From Gammaproteobacteria bacterium (GTDB lineage: Bacteria > Pseudomonadota > Gammaproteobacteria > SZUA-229), in contig JAOUNI010000002.1 of the NCBI GenBank assembly GCA_029881035.1, forward strand, positions 64,565 through 128,564: DNA of 64,000 nucleotides, given 5' to 3'. Each line of letters begins with the position of its first letter. The stretch's first letter is position 1. The notes under the pieces were generated by a model. That model was not told the DNA's origin. It searched no databases and worked only from the letters and a program-made list of their open reading frames with translations. Positions 1-9,838 of this stretch are shown piece after piece. The position numbers and the translations under genes were made by a program.

Positions 1-14
1 TGCGGGGCTTTTTA
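1..14. terminator. 3' half of a GC stem plus T-run (tgcggggcttttt) cut by the window edge; probably a bidirectional terminator between convergent genes
   Basis: Sequence gcggggc followed by ttttt at the window start; the partner stem lies outside the window. Confidence 0.3.
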
Positions 15-40
15 TTTATCCGTAACAACCTATTTCGTAA

Positions 41-832
41 CTATTTTGAAAAAATCTCTTTAAAGAATTCCAGGTTTTTCTGCCACGAATCTTTATCAGC
101 TTCGGCGTTGTATTCCAGCGGCAAACCAAATTTTTTGCCGTTGGCATCTGCATCTGGATTGGTGAAACTGTGTTTCACGCCCGGATAATTCACAAACTCA
201 AAGTCGACACCAGCGTTTTTCATTTCTTCTTTCAATGCTTCAATCTGTTCTGCTTTAACAAAAGGATCAGCCTCGCCGTTAAACACCCTGACGCTGGCTT
301 TTATATCATCTTTCCCGGCCGGATTTTTAGTCGCGATACTGCCGTGGAAACTGGACACGCCTTTCAGCTCAACGCCCATGCGCGCCATGTTTAAAACCAC
401 ACCACCACCGAAGCAATAACCCATTGCCGCCAGCTTATCAGCGTCAACATTATTCTGAGCTTTCAGCGTATCCATCGCCGCTTCAAATCGCGCTTTGGCC
501 AGAGGCATGTTGCTGGCCACCGCGCTGGAGAATTTACCCGCATCGTCAGGATGATCGGCGGTTTTACCATCACCATACATATCCACCGCGAAAGCTACGT
601 AACCTTCTTTCGCCAGCATTTTTGCCTTGTCGCGGGCATGTTTGTTGTGGCCCCACCATTCGTGCACGATCAGCACACCAGGACGCTTGCCCTTGATAGC
701 ATCATCATAAGCCATCATGCCTTTCATGGTGGTATCACCTTGCTGATAGTCAACTTCTTTGCTGATAATTTCAGCGTGAGCGCTGCTGGCGATCAACAGA
801 CCGATCAATATGAGTGTGGTTTTCAGGTTCAT
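41..832 (-). CDS. Dienelactone hydrolase family protein (secreted alpha/beta hydrolase)
   Basis: 263-aa ORF with an N-terminal signal peptide, the HEWWGHN motif and a GYCFGG nucleophile-elbow-like motif typical of the DLH family. Confidence 0.8.
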   Translation of the reverse strand: MNLKTTLILIGLLIASSAHAEIISKEVDYQQGDTTMKGMMAYDDAIKGKRPGVLIVHEWWGHNKHARDKAKMLAKEGYVAFAVDMYGDGKTADHPDDAGKFSSAVASNMPLAKARFEAAMDTLKAQNNVDADKLAAMGYCFGGGVVLNMARMGVELKGVSSFHGSIATKNPAGKDDIKASVRVFNGEADPFVKAEQIEALKEEMKNAGVDFEFVNYPGVKHSFTNPDADANGKKFGLPLEYNAEADKDSWQKNLEFFKEIFSK

Positions 833-871
833 TTAATTTTCTCCATTTAAAGTTCACGAGCGCTTGGGTCT

Positions 872-1756
872 GTGATTCAACTCAATACAGGTAATCAGGC
901 AATTTTCATGATTACCGTATTTATAGTCGATCTTCACCTAACCAAGAACGAGAATCATTATACGCTTTTTGGGCAAAATGCTACCAAAGAACCTACTACT
1001 TTTAACTCACAAGGAAACAACCATAACAACGGCCCTGCATGTACCGACTTTGGTCCGCAAACTCTCAGGGACATCGACAGCGTACATGGCGAAAATAAAG
1101 TCACTTTCAAAGTAGCGCCGAGTTACAAAGAAATGAACCTTTGTAATATTCATATGCACACCAATGCCGAGCACAAGGCAAAAGCATTCTCCATCTACAC
1201 CGGTGAAGGTGAACTCGGCCATGGTGGCGGCTATCAATGCGCCATCAGCAAATCACTCAGCAAAGAAGAATTGATGCCATCCGAGAAAAATAACTGCAAA
1301 GGTGTGAAGCCGGGCGACACCATCGAAGTGCATTGGGTACACACATCCTGCGACGTGAAACCGGGCAAAGACCTGGGCTCGTGCCTGTCCGACAAATTCG
1401 AAAAACCCTTGCTACGCGTTGAAACCCAGATATTCACCGTGGTCAACGATTCCTCAGCGCTGGATTTCAACACCATGACCTACCAGGGCAACATGGTTAA
1501 CGGCCTGCATCAGGCGAAATCACTACCCAGCAACACCGGCAAACCGGTTCAGTTCCTGGGTTCAACAACAGGCCCTAAGTACACCGAGCAGCAATGCTCG
1601 CCTATGGAAGTCACCTGGAACGTGCGCCCAGAATGCGCCAAAGTGGACATCAACAGTCTGAGCAAGTGGTGCGAAAGCAATGTATTCGAAGAAAATGAAT
1701 CACATGGTGTTAGAAAGCTGGTGACCAATCTCAGGCTTTTATCAGAAATAAAATAA
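872..1756 (+). CDS. Hypothetical protein with carbonic-anhydrase-like metal-site motifs (possible delta/alpha-like CA)
   Basis: 294-aa ORF with several Cys. Motifs IHMHTNAEH and IEVHWVHTS resemble alpha-CA FHFHWGS..SEH and AELHLVHWN (HxH, E-H, ExHxxH). The true start is uncertain. Confidence 0.5.
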   Translation: MIQLNTGNQAIFMITVFIVDLHLTKNENHYTLFGQNATKEPTTFNSQGNNHNNGPACTDFGPQTLRDIDSVHGENKVTFKVAPSYKEMNLCNIHMHTNAEHKAKAFSIYTGEGELGHGGGYQCAISKSLSKEELMPSEKNNCKGVKPGDTIEVHWVHTSCDVKPGKDLGSCLSDKFEKPLLRVETQIFTVVNDSSALDFNTMTYQGNMVNGLHQAKSLPSNTGKPVQFLGSTTGPKYTEQQCSPMEVTWNVRPECAKVDINSLSKWCESNVFEENESHGVRKLVTNLRLLSEIK

Positions 1757-1770
1757 GCTAGTCGTACATT

Positions 1771-1838
1771 TAGCTTTTAAAAATCCCCAGCTATTCATTC
1801 AGTAAATTTGTCAGATGGATAGACTGGGGATTTTTTTG
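1771..1838. repeat. ~68-bp REP-like hairpin element, copy 1 (AATCCCCAGCTATT...AGACTGGGGATTTTTTT), acting as a bidirectional terminator
   Basis: 9-11 bp inverted repeat AATCCCCAG/CTGGGGATT with a ~40 nt loop and a T-run. It is about 85% identical to the copy at 4313-4381. Both copies sit at convergent gene ends. Confidence 0.6.
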
Positions 1839-1887
1839 CTCTTATTACAACAAAATGATTTACCGCAAATGAAAGCCTATACCATGC

Positions 1888-3705
1888 TTACCCTCTAGTT
1901 GATTTAGGAAGTTTTCCCGGAAGCGTGTTACTTAACCATTGATCAATAGCAGCATTTAGCACTTCCAGACTCATCGGTTTTATTAATCTTGCATTCATAC
2001 CCGCAGCGAGACATTGTTCCTCTCTCTCAGGGAAAGCATCTGCGGTCAGGGCGACGATGGGTATATCACTTTTATCCTCATTTCTGATGATAGAAGTTAA
2101 TTCATATCCATTCATGATAGGCATATTACAGTCGGTAATAATAAGCCCGTAGTGATTATTACGAAATAGCTGAAGCGCTTCATTACCATCAGTCGCCAGG
2201 TCTGCTTTATAACCCAGCACTTCCAGTTGGTACTCAATCATTCTTAAATTAGGAAGACTATCTTCAACAACCAGTATTTTTAAATTATCTTTGTTCTTTA
2301 CTGACTGGATAGTTGCATTATTATCGATACACTGCACAACATCTTCAGTAACATCATCCTCAGGCAAATGACTATCGAGTTCAATTGAAAAAGTACTACC
2401 CTTACCGATATCACTTTCAACCTTGATAGTGCCATGCATCTTTTCAATTAGCTGTCTGGATATCGATAAACCGATACCAGTACCTTCAATTTCACCCTCG
2501 GGATCCAGTCGACTAAAGGGCTTAAATAAAAGCACTTGCTGTTCTCTAGATATACCTCGACCAGTATCAATAACATCAATCCTGACTCTGTTATTATCAG
2601 AATGATAACACTTGATTATGACTGAGCCATTATTGTAATTGTACTTAATACCATTAGTCAGAAGATTAAGAATAGCCTGCTTCAATCGGATGTAATCCGC
2701 ATGTACCTGAATCGTAGTATCAGTGATATCTACATATATATTTTTTTCATCTGCCAGTGGTTGCACCAATGATTTACATTCTTTTAAAACTTCATCAAGT
2801 GCTATTGAAGCCATAGAGATATTCAGGTTGCCTTCCTCAATCCCTGCCAGATCCAGAATTTGATTAACCAGATCCAGTAAAAGATTTCCAGCATGTTTAA
2901 TCTCGCCAATATTACATGATTGTTTCTGACTGAGAGCATCTCCATGCTCTAACAGCTGCGCATAACCGAGGATGGCATGAAGCGGTGTTCGAAGCTCATG
3001 TGACATATTCGAAAGGAATGTTGATTTAGCTGCATTTGCCTGTTCAGCTTCATTTTTAGCTTCTCGCAAAGCTTTTTCATTATAATCAGCCTCTATACGA
3101 AGCTTAACGTTCTGGTTTGAGTTTTTATAAGCACGCCGAGAAGTGGATAAAGCAAACAGAATAAATACCGCCAAAAGATAAGAAAGAACTTGGGTGAAGT
3201 CACTATTCTCAAGCATTAAACGCAATTCCAGCAATAATAATGCCGGCATTATAAAAAACACAATCGTCTGCCAACGGTATGACAGTGTTGCCAATGAACC
3301 GCCCGCAACACCAACAATACAGACAACAATCAGAGTCTGATATTCATTTTCTACAGAATAGCCCAGCCATGCCAGCATACCCCACCAGAATCCGGCAAAA
3401 GTAGAACCTATAAGAAAGCGCGTACCCCACGATTCTTTTACCTGTTCATCAGGTGATGCGTTAATAAAACAATAGGTGTCCCAGCCACGTAACAGACTAG
3501 ATAACATCATAATTCCAAACCATAACGCCAGATACAATGTTGAGCTAGCATGCTTATACAAAACAAAAAACATAATCAGGCTGACAGCAAAAGTACCCAG
3601 TATCGAAAACATCATACCGCCATGGAGCATACGAATTTCTTCTAGTCGAATACGAGACTCCATACTTTGTATTGATTCTTTGACTGACACGGCTAACTGC
3701 TCCAT
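1888..3705 (-). CDS. Hybrid sensor histidine kinase/response regulator (multi-TM sensor, HisKA, HATPase_c, C-terminal REC)
   Basis: 605 aa. H-box SHELRTPLHAILGYAQLL; G-box DTGRGIS...GTGIGLSI; receiver domain ILVVEDSLPNLRM...ITDCNMP...K; about 6 N-terminal TM helices. Confidence 0.85.
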   Translation of the reverse strand: MEQLAVSVKESIQSMESRIRLEEIRMLHGGMMFSILGTFAVSLIMFFVLYKHASSTLYLALWFGIMMLSSLLRGWDTYCFINASPDEQVKESWGTRFLIGSTFAGFWWGMLAWLGYSVENEYQTLIVVCIVGVAGGSLATLSYRWQTIVFFIMPALLLLELRLMLENSDFTQVLSYLLAVFILFALSTSRRAYKNSNQNVKLRIEADYNEKALREAKNEAEQANAAKSTFLSNMSHELRTPLHAILGYAQLLEHGDALSQKQSCNIGEIKHAGNLLLDLVNQILDLAGIEEGNLNISMASIALDEVLKECKSLVQPLADEKNIYVDITDTTIQVHADYIRLKQAILNLLTNGIKYNYNNGSVIIKCYHSDNNRVRIDVIDTGRGISREQQVLLFKPFSRLDPEGEIEGTGIGLSISRQLIEKMHGTIKVESDIGKGSTFSIELDSHLPEDDVTEDVVQCIDNNATIQSVKNKDNLKILVVEDSLPNLRMIEYQLEVLGYKADLATDGNEALQLFRNNHYGLIITDCNMPIMNGYELTSIIRNEDKSDIPIVALTADAFPEREEQCLAAGMNARLIKPMSLEVLNAAIDQWLSNTLPGKLPKSTRG

Positions 3706-3970
3706 TATAAACTCATGGTAATTATGGTGTTCACGACAGTCTCATTATACGATATAAAATAAAAATAAAGAGCAGAGTAAAACTAAGCTTTCCGCCTTCC
3801 TACTCGATAATTTGTAAATATTTATAAAAGTCAGTTTTCCGATCAACCCTTTTAAATTATTGCCATAGTGTGTAATCAGAAGTTGAGACAAGTCACTCAG
3901 TTTTGATATCAAAATTATCATAAATTTACAAAAATCTAATTCGAAAGATAGCTTCTACTTATACACCAAT

Positions 3971-4299
3971 ATGAAGCCCACTATCGTTTCATCCAATAGA
4001 AAAAATCTAATTTCTCCTTACTACCAACACCTAAAGACGTAAATGAGATACGTAGCATTACAGAAACTCAATCCGGTATCTATGTATTACCTAAAAACAC
4101 CATACTAGCTGACTCCGATATCTTTTTACTCAAACCAAATACCAATAGTCGGATAAAGCGAACAACAGAATACAACGAAAGCGGCGTTCTCAGAGTACTG
4201 GATGAAAATATCGGAAAACGCATCTCTTTAAGTTTCGGTATAGACAACACTAAAATTCACTCCACTGATATGGACGTAAGTTGGGAAGAAATAAAATAA
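3971..4299 (+). pseudogene. Possible frameshifted or decayed small gene (MKPTIVSSNRKNLISP... then, in a second frame, ...LDENIGKRISLSFGIDNTKIHSTDMDVSWEEIK)
   Basis: Two adjacent overlapping reading frames in a 700-bp region that otherwise has no ORF. There is no intact ATG-initiated ORF of 60 aa or more. It lies directly upstream of repeat copy 2. Confidence 0.25.
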
Positions 4300-4312
4300 A
4301 CTAAAACGTTTT

Positions 4313-4381
4313 ATAGCTTTTATAAAATCCCCAGCTATTTACCCGGCAGATTTGTCGGATGGAAAGACTGGGGATTTTTTA
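4313..4381. repeat. ~68-bp REP-like hairpin element, copy 2 / bidirectional terminator
   Basis: TAGCTTTTATAAAATCCCCAGCTATTTACCCGGCAGATTTGTCGGATGGAAAGACTGGGGATTTTTT. Near-identical arms and the same internal motif ATTTGTC.GATGGA as copy 1. Confidence 0.6.
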
Positions 4382-4409
4382 TTGCTGCTAAATATTTCAC
4401 CGCAAACAG

Positions 4410-4877
4410 TTATTTTGATCCTGACACCATGAAGTCAACCGCCGCTTCCAGCTCTTCATCACTGCATGCGCCACAGGTTCCTCTGGCCATCATAGCCGTT
4501 CCAGCAACACCTTTTTTTGCTGAGTTATAGAGTGCGTCATTGCCTTTGGCAATACGATGAGCCCAGGCAGCCGCGTCACCCAGTTTGGGCGAATTAGCGA
4601 CACCTGCACCATGACAATTGACACAGGATTTTTTATAAACCTGTTCGCCGCTGAGCGCTGCTTTTTGAACTGGCTCCGCTACAGGTTCAACCGTTTTATT
4701 TTCAGCAGCTGACTCCTGAGCAGCTGTCGGTGCTGCGACTTCAGTCGCTGCTGGTGCCGTTGATATCGTTTCAGCATTTTTACCGGCCGGCGGTTTTTGC
4801 TCAGAGTCACAACCAGCAGTAATAAAGAAAGGTAAAAGTAATACGACAAAACTTATTTTAATTTTCATGATTGACAC
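4410..4877 (-). CDS. Cytochrome c5-family class I c-type cytochrome (lipoprotein with Ala/Pro-rich linker)
   Basis: Lipoprotein-type signal (..ITAGC), low-complexity linker, CVNCHG haem-binding motif and a second Cys pair GTCGAC. Confidence 0.75.
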   Translation of the reverse strand: MSIMKIKISFVVLLLPFFITAGCDSEQKPPAGKNAETISTAPAATEVAAPTAAQESAAENKTVEPVAEPVQKAALSGEQVYKKSCVNCHGAGVANSPKLGDAAAWAHRIAKGNDALYNSAKKGVAGTAMMARGTCGACSDEELEAAVDFMVSGSK

Positions 4878-4925
4878 TCGCTGTTAAAATTTTAATTAGT
4901 GTGGTTGTGAGGATACACAGTCCCG

Positions 4926-5450
4926 TTATAGAGTCTCTTGTTTCAACTTGAGGCGAAATATTTTTCCTATTGCCTCGATTATTTCCGGGCTATCCCACTC
5001 GTATGAACCACGCGCTTTTTGCAACACACGACCCTCGGCATCGACCAGAATAGTTAATGGAATAGTATTCGCACCCAGCATGTTTTCCAGCATCAGTTTG
5101 CTGTCAAGAAAGTTATCAAAGGTAATACCTGTTTGCTTAATGAAAGCCTCGGCTCTGTCGCTATAGTCATCTGTCGAAACCCCGATCACGTTGAACTCTT
5201 TGCCGTTATAACGCTTCGCCAGCCGCTCCAGCGAGCCCATCTCCGACCGACATGGACCACACCAGCTAGCCCAGACATTAATGAGCAATGGCTTGCCCTT
5301 AAAATCAGCAAATGTATTCGTCTTACCATTAAATCCACGCAACGTCGCCTCACGCAAAAAATCACCGACCTCAACTTCACCGGGCGTAGCCGCAGATGCA
5401 GCTGTAGGTAGCACTGATAACAGAATAAATATTAAGAGGATTATTCGCAT
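4926..5450 (-). CDS. TlpA/ResA-family periplasmic thiol:disulfide oxidoreductase
   Basis: Signal peptide plus the thioredoxin motif WASWCGPC. Confidence 0.8.
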   Translation of the reverse strand: MRIILLIFILLSVLPTAASAATPGEVEVGDFLREATLRGFNGKTNTFADFKGKPLLINVWASWCGPCRSEMGSLERLAKRYNGKEFNVIGVSTDDYSDRAEAFIKQTGITFDNFLDSKLMLENMLGANTIPLTILVDAEGRVLQKARGSYEWDSPEIIEAIGKIFRLKLKQETL

Positions 5451-5655
5451 TTAAAAAAACCATTTCGTTATTTATTTTAGGTGAACATATTAGCTTGATC
5501 TATATAGCGCCGCTACCAAAAAGTAGACATATATCAATGTTGTGGAGCTAAAACATTCACCAGAAAGAATCTAGATGTGCAATAACTGTGTACTTTTGTG
5601 AAAATAGCTTTTATTCTTTACCTGTCAACATTTTTATTAAAAAGGAGACACTAAA

Positions 5656-6564
5656 ATGAATAAAATTACTAAAGCATGGCTGCTTACCGGGATTGTAATT
5701 TTCTTGAATACTACCCCGGTTTTCGCAAAAGAGAGTCCCTGGCGATTACACCTGCCTTTCGAGAAGGCCGTTATCCATTACAATATCAACGGTTCACAGG
5801 AAGGAAATGAAACCCTGTACATACGGGATTTCGGCAACGAGAGAGTCAAAATCACCAAAAGCAAAGGCAAGATAATGTTCGTCACTATAATAACGGACAC
5901 CATCGAAATCACGACACATGACTCTATTGTAAATATCGACAAGGATAAAAGAACCGCCACCAGAATAACAAATCCACAAAGATTCATGCAGGAAGAAATA
6001 GAAAAACTTTCATCATCGGACCGTAAGGTCGTTATGAAGAATCTTGAAACAATTGGCATGAATATGGCGCTGCAGATGGGCGGCGAAGTCAAATTAAAAG
6101 CGGGAGAACACCTTGGCCATACCTGTGATCTAGTGACCATAATGGGAGCCACAAGTTGCCAAATGAGTGGCACACCGATCTTACTCAAGATGGATTCAAA
6201 TCTAATGGGAATAAAAACAAAAACTGTCGCAACAAAAATCGATAAAAACGCATCGATTCCCGCAGATATTTTCAAGTTACCTAAAGATATTAATATTGCG
6301 TATAACAAAGAATCCGATGACATGAACCACGCTATGGTTGCATCAATGATCGAATTAATGAAAGATCCTGATGCACCTAAAAAAATTGAAGAAGGTATAG
6401 CTCAGAACAAGATGGAAATGGAAGAAGAACAACAGCAGGAAACACAGGAGTTCGAAAATGTTATGGATGAAGATGCAAGAGAAAATAGTGACGAACCTGA
6501 TCAAAAGCAGATCGATGAAATGATGCAGAAAGGCATGAAAACCTTTAAGGGGTTATTTAACTGA
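5656..6564 (+). CDS. Hypothetical secreted protein with a highly acidic C-terminal tail
   Basis: 302 aa. Signal peptide (..TTPVFA), good RBS AAGGAGA, E/D/Q-rich C-terminal 60 aa. Confidence 0.6.
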   Translation: MNKITKAWLLTGIVIFLNTTPVFAKESPWRLHLPFEKAVIHYNINGSQEGNETLYIRDFGNERVKITKSKGKIMFVTIITDTIEITTHDSIVNIDKDKRTATRITNPQRFMQEEIEKLSSSDRKVVMKNLETIGMNMALQMGGEVKLKAGEHLGHTCDLVTIMGATSCQMSGTPILLKMDSNLMGIKTKTVATKIDKNASIPADIFKLPKDINIAYNKESDDMNHAMVASMIELMKDPDAPKKIEEGIAQNKMEMEEEQQQETQEFENVMDEDARENSDEPDQKQIDEMMQKGMKTFKGLFN

Positions 6565-6662
6565 ACCCAGGAAAAACAGGCATCCAGAGACAAACTTAAC
6601 GATCATTTCATGAAACATGCGTCTGATTAAAATAATCGTGATCAGATCATGGTACAGCTGTT

Positions 6663-6697
6663 CAAATTCGCTCCCAGCGAATTTAGGGGGGGCTTTT
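6663..6697 (+). terminator. Putative intrinsic terminator (AAATTCGCT-ccc-AGCGAATTT then G-run then CTTTTTT)
   Basis: 9-bp perfect stem with a 3-nt loop followed by a T-run, about 100 nt downstream of the 5656-6564 CDS. Confidence 0.4.
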
Positions 6698-6889
6698 TTG
6701 GCTGTAGAAAAAAGAGTGCTTACCCCTGGGTGCGAATACCCACTACTACCAAGATTAAGGCTTATTACTAAAATTAGTATTTGCACAAAAGCCCAAACAT
6801 GGATTCCATCCTTAGGTTCGTTAACGGTGCATCCATGCACCACTGCTCTCGCCTACACGGGAATGACGAGCGTTTTTTATTAAACAATA

Positions 6890-6921
6890 AAAAAGCCCCG
6901 TTGTTGCCAACGGGGCTTTTT
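6890..6921. terminator. Bidirectional rho-independent terminator downstream of groEL
   Basis: AAAAAGCCCCGTTGttgcCAACGGGGCTTTTT. 10-bp GC-rich stem flanked by an A-run and a T-run, 30 bp past the groEL stop. Confidence 0.65.
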
Positions 6922-6950
6922 AGCTTTTTGCGATTAGCAGAAAGACAACA

Positions 6951-8591
<1,641 letters not shown>

Positions 8592-8640
8592 TTATTTCCT
8601 CTAAAATTCTTTAACTTTGAATAAGCTTTTCAGCTATGAA

Positions 8641-8937
8641 TTAGGCCAGTACTGCCAGAATGTCATCTTCTTTCATAATGAGCAGTTCTTCGCCATCCAC
8701 TTTGATGGTGGTACCAGCGTAGCTGCTGAAATAAACCTTATCACCCACTTTCACATCCATAGCACGGATTTCACCACTATCTGTGATTCTACCCTTGCCA
8801 ACAGCCAGTACTTCGCCTGCCTGTGGTGCTTCAGCAGCTGAACCAGGAAGCACAATACCACCAGCACTGGTGGTTTCTTTTTCCATACGCTTAACGACAA
8901 CACGGTCGTGTAATGGACGTAATTTCAATTTTTTCAC
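8641..8937 (-). CDS. groES: Co-chaperonin GroES (Hsp10)
   Basis: 98 aa, [12 protein letters not shown]...GEVLAVG...[11 protein letters not shown]; immediately upstream of groEL. Confidence 0.95.
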   Translation of the reverse strand: MKKLKLRPLHDRVVVKRMEKETTSAGGIVLPGSAAEAPQAGEVLAVGKGRITDSGEIRAMDVKVGDKVYFSSYAGTTIKVDGEELLIMKEDDILAVLA

Positions 8938-8965
8938 TTGATTTATTCCCCTGTTTATAAAAAAG

Positions 8966-8992
8966 TTAGCACTCTATCTTGGTGAGTGCTAA
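8966..8992. promoter_or_regulatory. CIRCE operator (HrcA binding site) in the groES leader
   Basis: Perfect TTAGCACTC-N9-GAGTGCTAA inverted repeat 29 bp upstream of the groES start. Confidence 0.8.
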
Positions 8993-9054
8993 TCATAATG
9001 ACGAAACGACCAGAGTCAAGGCCATAGCGACATAGAACTCTGTACTGAGCCAAC

Positions 9055-9083
9055 TTATGTGGATAAATTACTGGATTACAAGG
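9055..9083 (-). promoter_or_regulatory. Sigma-32-like heat-shock promoter of groESL (CTTGTAAT-N13-CCACATAA on the - strand)
   Basis: Resembles the sigma-32 consensus CTTGAAA-N13-15-CCCCATNT. A near-identical motif lies upstream of ibpA at 38787-38814. Confidence 0.5.
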
Positions 9084-9115
9084 CCGAGGCGCCTAAAAAG
9101 AAGCAAGATAACATT

Positions 9116-9583
9116 TTAGTCATCTTTTCGATGAAACTCACCTTCCAGGGTACGACCGCCATCATTACCCTTGGGATGCACCTCTGAATACGACTGATAA
9201 CTCGAAGATTGATGAAAACCGTGCATCTGTACGTTACCCCGTTTTATCACGGCACGAATTAATGCCTGCCGAGCTGCTGGCATCAAACAGATAAAACCCA
9301 GTGTATCGGTAAGAAAACCCGGGGTGATCAGCAAAGCGCCTCCAACTGCGAGAACGATGCCTTCCATCATTTCCATGGCAGGCATCGCACCCTGCTCCAT
9401 ATTCTTCTGTGCCCGCCTTAAAGTACTGAAGCCCTGAACACGCAGCAAATTAACACCGATAACGGCAGTACCAATAATGATCATTACTGTCCAGAAGGCA
9501 CCGATCTGCCCTCCCACCTCAATAATAAGATAAAGTTCAGCCAGTGGTATGACTATAAAGAGTAGTGGCCAGTGTCTAAACAT
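9116..9583 (-). CDS. fxsA: FxsA family inner-membrane protein
   Basis: N-terminus MFRHWPLLFIVIPLAELYLIIEVGGQIG is characteristic of FxsA. Confidence 0.8.
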   Translation of the reverse strand: MFRHWPLLFIVIPLAELYLIIEVGGQIGAFWTVMIIIGTAVIGVNLLRVQGFSTLRRAQKNMEQGAMPAMEMMEGIVLAVGGALLITPGFLTDTLGFICLMPAARQALIRAVIKRGNVQMHGFHQSSSYQSYSEVHPKGNDGGRTLEGEFHRKDD

Positions 9584-9838
9584 GAGGATTCCTGTTGATT
9601 ATGTCGGCTAATAAGCCGAAGCGATTTAGTTGTATTTAAGATTTTTTTAAGCGGTTGTTTGTTATGATCCATGCTCTGTTCATAAGGTTCCATTTATCTC
9701 TTTACTGGTCTATGTCCGATAACCAAACAAGAGCAAGCTGTGAACTTGATGGACATATTGTGTACTAAACGTTGGTGGTCTGTCATCCTTAATGTAGATC
9801 GCTCACTTAATTAAACATTTACAGCATTCGAGTTTCCC

